From a virus: 5,303 nucleotides of DNA. The first letter of the stretch is position 1, and each line of letters starts with the position of its first letter. This document shows, piece after piece, positions 1-4,779 of the stretch. The position numbers were made by a program, and so were the translations under genes. The stretch covers positions 1 through 5,303 of the IMG/VR virus record IMGVR_UViG_3300022670_000052; one strand, written 5' to 3'. Under the pieces are notes generated by a model that had not been told where the DNA came from, ran no database searches, and was given only the letters and a program-made list of their open reading frames with translations.

Positions 1-144
1 ACGCACGCTCATCGACGTGGATCGTCGGGAAGCGTAGGAGGGCCATTATCCAGAGCCCACCATGTTCAGGAAAGAATTTACGACGGAATGAAAACTTTCC
101 GACAACTGAGCTTTTTCCCGAATGGGATCCAAGAGCAGCATCGT
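1..144. repeat. Terminal direct repeat, copy 1 (linearisation or assembly overlap of a circular genome)
   Basis: Read base by base, 1..144 (acgcacgctcatcgacgtgg...aagagcagcatcgt) is identical to 5160..5303. The repeat sits exactly at both window ends and lies inside the capsid coding frame. Confidence 0.95.
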
Positions 145-883
145 CAGTTCCATCAACGTCATAGCCGCTAAGCCAGAAACGGTTGCGGCCAATAAGGGTC
201 GGCCGCTGATCAGCGTCCGTATTGACCGTCGACCCGAACGCGGTGTTGAGAATGTCATTGTATCGTTCACCGAAATAAGTCCGATCGACATCAGTTGAAT
301 ATTGAGCTTGCACACGGTTCAGATCCGCGATGTCAAAGCTGGTAGTAGACGGCACATCCCTGAAAGAAGGGTCGACCCCTTCAGTGACGCCCGTAGACCA
401 CGGCGTAGGCAGATAACCGCATTTACGACCGGCGACACGCTCGGCGGAAGTAGTAAGGACCTCATCACCAACAAGTTCTTCGTTGTCAGTGGGCGACCGG
501 AAGTACCGGTTCCAGATGTCATTGTAACCAGCCGAGACCCAGCTCGGGAACTGTTCATTGTCAAGATAATGAGTTCCCATGTAGTCAAGCTCCTGCAGGG
601 AGCTTTGTGAAGGGAAGGTAACCGTATTACGGAGACCGTCCTTGATGAAATCAATCCAGTCCTCGCCATAAGTATGACGATGCGGGACATAGAACGCAAA
701 GAGATCGACATTACAGTCGACCACTAGCGAACGCCGTAACGGCGAAAGGCGGAAAACCCCTTCGAGGTTAAGCGACATACTGTCGCCCGCCATAACAGGA
801 ATTAACGACAAGGTTTGAAGCTTGCCGATATCACCTGCAGAGAAGGAGAAGTGAGAAAGATCACAGCGATACCGCTTGGCCAT
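1..883 (-). CDS. F: Major capsid protein F, N-terminal 294 codons; the CDS continues across the circular junction into 5159..4780
   Basis: I translated this by hand. The ATG is at 883..881, preceded by GGAGG (897..893), and there is no stop down to base 2. The track omits it because it runs off the window edge. The translation begins MAKRYRCDLSHFSFSAGDIGKLQTLSLIPVMAGDSMSLNLEGVFRLSPLRRSLVVDCNVDLFAFYVPHRHTYGEDWIDFIKDG. Further on it contains FWLSGYDVDGTDDAALGSHSGK and FFPEHGGLWIMALLRFP. These align with remembered phiX174 F segments DLSHLGFLAGQIGRL, PVIAGDS, LRLSPLRRGL, FYVPHRHVYGEQWIKFMKDG, LWASGYDVDGTDQTSLGQFSGR and FFVPEHGTMFTLALVRFP. Confidence 0.95.
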   Translation of the reverse strand, partial: MAKRYRCDLSHFSFSAGDIGKLQTLSLIPVMAGDSMSLNLEGVFRLSPLRRSLVVDCNVDLFAFYVPHRHTYGEDWIDFIKDGLRNTVTFPSQSSLQELDYMGTHYLDNEQFPSWVSAGYNDIWNRYFRSPTDNEELVGDEVLTTSAERVAGRKCGYLPTPWSTGVTEGVDPSFRDVPSTTSFDIADLNRVQAQYSTDVDRTYFGERYNDILNTAFGSTVNTDADQRPTLIGRNRFWLSGYDVDGTDDAALGSHSGKSSVVGKFSFRRKFFPEHGGLWIMALLRFPTIHVDERA

Positions 884-1026
884 TAGAACTTTCCTCCGCC
901 CTGATAGTACTTTTTGGGCGATTTGCCGACAGAACGAACAGATTTTCTCGAAGTCGTGCCGCCCTTACGGCGGCCTTTCGAATTCCGACGAGACTTCTTG
1001 GAGTAGCTTCTTCCACGACTAGGCAT
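883..1026 (-). CDS. J: Small, highly basic DNA-binding/packaging protein J (47 aa)
   Basis: Hand translation gives MPSRGRSYSKKSRRNSKGRRKGGTTSRKSVRSVGKSPKKYYQGGGKF, with 17 of 47 residues K or R. The C-terminal YYQGGGKF resembles phiX174 J ...LWYVGGQQF. GGAGG (1040..1036) lies 9 nt upstream of the ATG at 1026..1024. The start overlaps the D stop (ATGCCTAG) and the stop TAA (885..883) overlaps the F ATG (TAATG). Its position between D and F matches phiX174. It is below the length cutoff of the ORF track. Confidence 0.88.
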   Translation of the reverse strand: MPSRGRSYSKKSRRNSKGRRKGGTTSRKSVRSVGKSPKKYYQGGGKF

Positions 1027-1525
1027 CAGATTTAGCCTCCAGAGGTTGCGCATCACCGATCACGTCCCGAAGGGCACGACCGGTGCGCTTGCGCCATTGC
1101 GCCTGACCAGCAGGAGCAAGGCCATAGAGCATGCAACATAGCCCGAAGAGCTTCTGGGCAGTCACAGACTCAAGAGAACCGCCAAACGATAGGTTTTCAG
1201 CGGTAGGACCAGTTTCAAGCCACCGGCATGCTACAGCAATGTTACCGGGAGCACAGAAAGTAGTAATTATCCCGGCACGATATTCAGCAGGGACTTCAAT
1301 CCGGGGCAGACCAAGGACGTCAAGTACGCCGTGGGTAAGAGTGTTAAGCACAGCGCTAACTCTCGTACGATCAGAGCCAATCCAAGGTATGCTATCACAG
1401 CACAGATGAAAGTCATCGTCAGAAATACCAAGGCTCTCAAAGGCATCATTAACGCTTCCATTTTTAATCAGCTCCATACAGTTTTTTGCGACTTGAAAGG
1501 ATACTTCAGTACGCTCAGAACTCAT
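1019..1525 (-). CDS. D: External scaffolding protein D (168 aa)
   Basis: The segment DDDFHLCCDSIPWIGSDRTRVSAVLNTLTHGVLDVLGLPRIEVPAEYRAGIITTFCAPGNIAVACRWLETGPTAENL aligns with remembered phiX174 D segment EDDFDFLTSNKVWIATDRSRARRCVEACVYGTLDFVGYPRFPAPVEFIAAVIAYYVHPVNIQTACLIMEGAEFTENI. An AAAGG Shine-Dalgarno-like motif lies 8 nt upstream of the ATG. The start overlaps the preceding stop as ATGA, as at the phiX C/D junction. Confidence 0.93.
   Translation of the reverse strand: MSSERTEVSFQVAKNCMELIKNGSVNDAFESLGISDDDFHLCCDSIPWIGSDRTRVSAVLNTLTHGVLDVLGLPRIEVPAEYRAGIITTFCAPGNIAVACRWLETGPTAENLSFGGSLESVTAQKLFGLCCMLYGLAPAGQAQWRKRTGRALRDVIGDAQPLEAKSDA
1267..1461 (-). CDS. Candidate single-gene lysis protein (E-like by architecture, no sequence similarity); 64-aa membrane-type ORF nested in the +1 frame of D
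   Basis: It has a true ATG at 1461..1459, with GGAG 10 nt upstream. The product is MEALMMPLRALVFLTMTFICAVIAYLGLALIVRELALCLTLLPTAYLTSLVCPGLKSLLNIVPG. It contains an uninterrupted hydrophobic stretch of about 23 aa (ALVFLTMTFICAVIAYLGLALIV) and a second hydrophobic segment. It lies wholly inside D on the same strand, in the same relative frame (+1) as phiX174 E within D. Confidence 0.45.
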   Translation of the reverse strand: MEALMMPLRALVFLTMTFICAVIAYLGLALIVRELALCLTLLPTAYLTSLVCPGLKSLLNIVPG

Positions 1526-1770
1526 TTATTTAACCTTTCCAGAAGGCGAACGTTGAACGCGCCAACATCCTCAAGCGAACGCCGGAGGATTTGTTTATGT
1601 ATACCCGTGTGCATTGAAGCAACGTACATTCCATGGATCGCAGTAAGAAGAAGATCCATTTCCTTGACCATCCAAAGATCATCATCGGGCCGGAGCGTGA
1701 CAAGTTCCGCCGGCTTGCGCGAAGCGTTTCTCATCCCGTCCAAAGACTGTTTCAAACTGCCGGATAACAT
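1522..1770 (-). CDS. C-position small protein (82 aa); probable DNA-maturation protein C analogue (K-versus-C assignment is ambiguous)
   Basis: It fills the slot between A/B and D. Its stop overlaps the D start (ATGA), as the phiX C stop does. Its ATG overlaps the B stop (TGATG). Codons in this frame are mostly purine-initial, which looks coding. Its size is 82 aa, against 86 aa for phiX C. I see only weak similarity (DDDLW versus DEEKW). Confidence 0.6.
   Translation of the reverse strand: MLSGSLKQSLDGMRNASRKPAELVTLRPDDDLWMVKEMDLLLTAIHGMYVASMHTGIHKQILRRSLEDVGAFNVRLLERLNK
1530..1685 (-). CDS. Hypothetical 51-aa overlapping ORF whose ATG is coupled by ATGA to the A stop
   Basis: Hand translation gives MMIFGWSRKWIFFLLRSMECTLLQCTRVYINKSSGVRLRMLARSTFAFWKG. 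The ATG at 1685..1683 overlaps the A stop TGA at 1684..1682, which is the phiX174 A-stop/C-start arrangement and the same frame as B. It lies entirely inside the 82-aa ORF in another frame. The W/F/C/R-rich composition looks like an off-frame product, so this is a weak call. Confidence 0.25.
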   Translation of the reverse strand: MMIFGWSRKWIFFLLRSMECTLLQCTRVYINKSSGVRLRMLARSTFAFWKG

Positions 1771-3265
1771 CAGAAGCGGCCGTTTTGTTCAAACTCGGCG
1801 TCTCGGTATTCGTAGAATTCGGCGAGTTGGAGTTGGTCGTCGTCCGCATCAAAGACCGCAACCGCGCGACGATAGGCGGCCGTGGAGCCACGGCCAGGAG
1901 CAATTTCCGTGCTGTCGACTTGACCCAGCCATTCGGCTCGATGTCGTCCATCTCGGACTTCTTCCGTTTCAGGAGGATCTTGAGCATTATCAACCGGCAC
2001 ATCGTCTCCGGTATCTTCATCTCCCGTGGGTGGAGCAACTGCCGGATTTTCCCGTGGTATTTCAGGACTTCCAGTAAAGATTCCGTCTCGCACATCTCGC
2101 TCGCGCGCCAGATCCGCTGCTGACCGAACCCTCTCGACATTCTCGTCCGCCATTGTTCATTCCCCTTGTCGGATGCATAGGATTTCGTAATGTATTTAGC
2201 CAAGTAGAACGCCAGAGCCGCCGGAGGCTTCGCCGTGATCGGCAACTTATTCTTAACCGGCCAGCGCCAACCAAGGCGCCCGAAGGGGTCTTCTCCAGAG
2301 AACCTAGCGGCAGTGGGCATCGACCAGCCATAGGGCCAGAACTCTCTTAAAGGATCAATAATCCGTTTCTCAGGTACTGCAGAGCCACGATTAGGGTCCC
2401 GCTTCCAACTAGGCGGGATTTCCTTCATCAAATGAACCACATGGATATGGAGACGGCCAGCACGACTGCCCCGCTCGACCACACCAAAGTATGTATGATA
2501 GGGTGATTCCACTCGAAGTTTTGCAGCTTTCGGTATACTACCATGAACCAGACTACCAACGATCCGATCAATATCTCGGATGTAGAACGCCCATAAACGA
2601 GATCCGGTTTCAAAAACCTTTGTATAGTCTTCGTTACGGACGGTGAGAGTGTTGAAAACACAGTACCATCCTTGAGACACACGAAGTTCAATCTCTTCTT
2701 TAAGACGCCAGGACATTTCAGAGACACGGGCCTGTAATCCTTTCTTCTTTACCTTAGCCATGGCATCGAGGATCCATTCCTCAGTGCCACTAGAAGGTTT
2801 TATATTAACTACATCGCCGAATATTTCTTCGGCCATTTGTACGGGGGAACCCATATTTTTCAGCTCTCTACGGATGACAGACAGTAATTCATCTTCATCG
2901 CTGTACCACTCTCCCGTGGTGGGGTCAACCAAACCATCCAATTGCTTGGCGTCGGAGACGTGCTCCGACAAGTGAGTGAGCTTCGCTCCCTCTGCGGGAA
3001 GTGTTTTCAAGCTCTCGTGGGGTTGGGTTGTTAAGGAGGTGTTATCAAGTAGACACCTGAGATGCCCAAGATGGGACAGTATAGGGGCCGCTGCGAGGGC
3101 GGAGAGGCCCCAGTCAGTCCGAAGTTGCCCTTCGGTGGACCTACCCTCAAGCCAGGACAGTTGCTTCTGTATGAGCCGCATACGGCTGTTAATCGCATTG
3201 CTGACACGAAAGAGTGGGTCGGCGGCAGATAGCTCGCCGACCGTAAGTGATTCTTGAAGGTTCAA
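1682..3265 (-). CDS. A: Rolling-circle replication initiator protein A (HUH endonuclease). The maximal ORF is 527 aa; the start is uncertain between TTG at 3265 and the first ATG at 3181
   Basis: The HUH motif GRLHIHVVHLM (DNA 2432..2449) matches phiX GRLHFHAVHFM. The twin catalytic tyrosines AFYLAKYITK (2183..2206) match GFYVAKYVNK. Other matches are GWYCVFNTLTV versus GWFIVFDTLTL, WPYGWSMP versus WPYGYSMP, GWRWPV versus GWLWPV, and RTRMSRGFG versus RIRMSRNFG. The TTG at 3265 has GAGGA 8 nt upstream and overlaps the H stop. The ATG at 3181 has no Shine-Dalgarno motif. I could not call an internal A*-type start. Confidence 0.93.
   Translation of the reverse strand: MNLQESLTVGELSAADPLFRVSNAINSRMRLIQKQLSWLEGRSTEGQLRTDWGLSALAAAPILSHLGHLRCLLDNTSLTTQPHESLKTLPAEGAKLTHLSEHVSDAKQLDGLVDPTTGEWYSDEDELLSVIRRELKNMGSPVQMAEEIFGDVVNIKPSSGTEEWILDAMAKVKKKGLQARVSEMSWRLKEEIELRVSQGWYCVFNTLTVRNEDYTKVFETGSRLWAFYIRDIDRIVGSLVHGSIPKAAKLRVESPYHTYFGVVERGSRAGRLHIHVVHLMKEIPPSWKRDPNRGSAVPEKRIIDPLREFWPYGWSMPTAARFSGEDPFGRLGWRWPVKNKLPITAKPPAALAFYLAKYITKSYASDKGNEQWRTRMSRGFGQQRIWRASEMCETESLLEVLKYHGKIRQLLHPREMKIPETMCRLIMLKILLKRKKSEMDDIEPNGWVKSTARKLLLAVAPRPPIVARLRSLMRTTTNSNSPNSTNTETPSLNKTAASDVIRQFETVFGRDEKRFAQAGGTCHAPAR
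1770..2153 (-). CDS. B: Internal scaffolding protein B (127 aa), fully nested in gene A in the +2 frame
   Basis: The C-terminus QLQLAEFYEYRDAEFEQNGRF matches remembered phiX174 B C-terminus RIQPAEFYRFHDAEVNTFGYF. It has an ATG at 2153..2151, with AAGGGG 8 nt upstream. The body is acidic. It ends 88 nt before the A stop; by my memory of phiX coordinates the equivalent distance there is about 85 nt. Confidence 0.88.
   Translation of the reverse strand: MADENVERVRSAADLARERDVRDGIFTGSPEIPRENPAVAPPTGDEDTGDDVPVDNAQDPPETEEVRDGRHRAEWLGQVDSTEIAPGRGSTAAYRRAVAVFDADDDQLQLAEFYEYRDAEFEQNGRF
2917..2944 (-). other. Candidate viral-strand replication origin, option 2
   Basis: The minus strand reads CAATTGGATGGTTTGGTTGACCCCACCA, matching CAACTTGATA at 7 of 10 positions. 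It encodes QLDGLVDPTTGEW at A residues 108-120 (TTG numbering). That is nearly the same residue index as phiX QLDINNTIDHRPEGDEKW, and the spacing to the GW(F/Y) motif is similar. Confidence 0.25.
3017..3052 (-). other. Candidate viral-strand replication origin (nick site), option 1
   Basis: The minus strand reads CTACTTGATAACACCTCCTTAACAACCCAACCCCAC. The first 10 nt match the phiX174 minimal cleavage decamer CAACTTGATA at 9 of 10 positions. ACTTGATAACAC equals phiX ACTTGAT[ATTAAT]AACAC with a 6-nt gap. It lies in the N-terminal third of A, as the phiX origin does. The predicted nick is between minus-strand positions 3046 and 3045 (G/A). Confidence 0.4.
3217..3242 (-). other. GC-rich stem-loop just downstream of the H stop (8-bp stem GGTCGGCG/CGCCGACC, 10-nt loop)
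   Basis: Read directly: 3235..3242 pairs with 3217..3224. On the minus strand it is followed by CACTCTTTCG, which is only a weak T-tract. It lies between the H stop and the first ATG of A, which is the only stretch of the genome that could be non-coding. Confidence 0.35.
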
Positions 3266-4143
3266 CGAGCCATTCCTCGCACGGACGATTGAGAGCCTTT
3301 GAAGGCTTTGAGGGCACCCTTGGCTAAGCCAGCGATGCCCATAGCCTGGAAGACACCCGCGAGCTCGCCCTTAGCAAGGCCGAGACCACGGATCCAGGAC
3401 ATGTTTTCACGTACCCATTTAGTCAGATCAGTATCAGCACCAGAGATTCGAAACGCTCGAGCGCGGATCGCCGCGGCCGCGGCGTCGGTGAGGGAGCTGA
3501 ACTCCTTCCCGATATGAGCTGTAGCCAGCTCTTTTTTGATCCACATTTCTTGATGTTTAGTAGCAGCATTTTCCCAAGCAGCTTCAGCTTGTTTTTCTTG
3601 AGCAGCGACGCCACGGAACCCGACACCAGGGCCGGGACCGGCGCCGCCAGCAGTCTCGCCAGTAGCGATCCAGTTACCGGCCGGCACCACATTGGCCGAG
3701 CCGATCTTATCAGCATGAGCAACGGCCGCAGCGCGGCCTTGAATTTGAGCATTCGATTGTTGAACCGCGACCTGATTGGCCGCGATAGATTTTTGAGTAG
3801 TTTGTTGAGACGTCGCCACAGACGACTGAGTGCGCGCCATGCGCTTAGACGAATTATCCTGAACCTGGGCAGTCATAGCTTGCCCGATAGGATTTCCAGC
3901 ACCTAGACGTTCCCAAGGGTTTGTCCCAGGGAACGCCTCATTATAATACTCTCGGGCTTGAACGCCCTGCGCACCTCCAGTTTTTGGAACGGTGAGACCC
4001 TGAGCGGATGAACCCGCCAGAGCAGTACCGACGGCGCCACCAAAGGCGCCCCCGGCAGCCCCACCGAAGTAGGTCCCGACCGCAGTACCAGCGGCCGGGA
4101 GGATAGACTTGAAGGATTTGAAGACCTTTGAGAAGAAGCCCAT
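3262..4143 (-). CDS. H: DNA pilot (minor spike, DNA-ejection tube) protein H, 293 aa
   Basis: The N-terminus is Gly-rich and hydrophobic (GTAVGTYFGGAAGGAFGGAVGTALAG), like phiX MFGAIAGGIASALAGGAMSKLFGGG. REYYNEAFPGTNPWERLGAG matches phiX RDYLAAAFPELNAWERAGAD. The central region is Q/A-rich and looks helical. The ATG overlaps the G stop (TAATG). Its position after G matches phiX174. Confidence 0.92.
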   Translation of the reverse strand: MGFFSKVFKSFKSILPAAGTAVGTYFGGAAGGAFGGAVGTALAGSSAQGLTVPKTGGAQGVQAREYYNEAFPGTNPWERLGAGNPIGQAMTAQVQDNSSKRMARTQSSVATSQQTTQKSIAANQVAVQQSNAQIQGRAAAVAHADKIGSANVVPAGNWIATGETAGGAGPGPGVGFRGVAAQEKQAEAAWENAATKHQEMWIKKELATAHIGKEFSSLTDAAAAAIRARAFRISGADTDLTKWVRENMSWIRGLGLAKGELAGVFQAMGIAGLAKGALKAFKGSQSSVRGMAR

Positions 4144-4778
4144 TAGCGATTAGGATCAAAGGGCGAGAGATCCTCCTCGTAGCGTTGGATCCCGACAGAC
4201 TGAAACCAGTCGTCGAACGTAGCCACATCAGCACCGCTATTAGCGACCACGAAGCCGAAGATTAGATCAGTTTGCCGCTCCTCATCGAGACGGCCAAGCC
4301 AGTTACCAGTAAGCGTCGTCATATTGACGCCAGCAGCAAGGGGACCGCGACCAGACGCGGAACCACCAGAGTTTGAAGTATCGGTATGAGGGATCAAGGT
4401 CCAAGAGGCCAAGATACCCTCGCTTTCACCACTATTTTCACAGTGACCGAGAAGAGCGAAGACATCCACATCGTCATCCGACGAGAAGATACGCATGGCG
4501 CCAGACACGCCGAACAGATATTGCCGGTTCTCAATCAGAGACCGGGAATTGATTTTTACACCAAGAAGGATAGCCTCCGTTCCATTGAGAGTAAAGGAGC
4601 CGACCTGACGTGACGAGTGAGCATTCACGCCCTGAGGCGCGATAGCATCACCGACCACTAGATAACGGATAAACCCGAGAGCGCCAGCAGCGGCCTCGAT
4701 ATCCGTACCATTTATTAACAGCTCTTGATTCTCCATATTGGAGATCTGAGCCGGACCGATCCGATTGATACGGAACAT
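4143..4778 (-). CDS. G: Major spike protein G (211 aa), assigned mainly by position
   Basis: It lies between F and H as in phiX174. GGGAG (4789..4785) is 6 nt upstream of the ATG at 4778, which sits 1 nt after the F stop. It starts MF.. like phiX G. The only weak motif resemblance is near the C-terminus (LIFGFVVANS versus VYVGFMVWSN). It is longer than the roughly 175-aa phiX G. Confidence 0.7.
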   Translation of the reverse strand: MFRINRIGPAQISNMENQELLINGTDIEAAAGALGFIRYLVVGDAIAPQGVNAHSSRQVGSFTLNGTEAILLGVKINSRSLIENRQYLFGVSGAMRIFSSDDDVDVFALLGHCENSGESEGILASWTLIPHTDTSNSGGSASGRGPLAAGVNMTTLTGNWLGRLDEERQTDLIFGFVVANSGADVATFDDWFQSVGIQRYEEDLSPFDPNR

Positions 4779-4779
4779 A

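Noticed and set aside
1-144. Reading the terminal repeat as an LTR, IS terminal repeat or att site duplication
   Set aside because: The repeat is direct, exact and sits precisely at the window ends. It lies inside a continuous capsid reading frame. That is what a circular genome cut and over-read by 144 nt looks like, and it is not a mobile-element boundary.
46-711. Minus-strand ORFs 46..315 (89 aa) and 319..711 (130 aa)
   Set aside because: Both are off-frame readings of the capsid gene F, whose true frame is open throughout and homologous to phiX F. The products are S/R/L-rich. The 46..315 ORF starts at GTG. Neither has a Shine-Dalgarno motif.
1331-2077. A long 248-aa plus-strand ORF antisense to D, the C slot, A and B
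   Set aside because: It starts with GTG and has no ATG or Shine-Dalgarno motif. The product is Arg/Ser-rich and low-complexity, typical of a shadow ORF opposite densely coding DNA. Microviruses of this type transcribe only one strand. No recognisable motifs are present.
2062-2331. An 89-aa minus-strand ORF overlapping A and the B start
   Set aside because: The product is extremely Arg-rich and low-complexity. It would be a third frame over an already dual-coding region. No ribosome-binding site is present.
2428-2727. A 99-aa minus-strand ORF nested in A, with two hydrophobic segments (possible membrane protein or alternative lysis gene)
   Set aside because: It has only a GTG start, no upstream Shine-Dalgarno motif and no early ATG. 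Hydrophobic off-frame products are common by chance. It remains a distant alternative lysis candidate.
3940-3947. A perfect TATAAT on both strands (cattataatact)
   Set aside because: No acceptable -35 element or extended -10 TG lies at the right spacing on the minus strand. The plus strand has no genes. The sequence is explained by the conserved H peptide REYYNEAF.
3423-4234. Minus-strand ORFs 3423..3752 (109 aa) and 3941..4234 (97 aa) nested in H and the G/H junction
   Set aside because: These are off-frame readings of the Ala/Gly/Gln-rich H gene, giving L/R/S/W-rich products. Neither has a Shine-Dalgarno motif or any known counterpart in this virus group.
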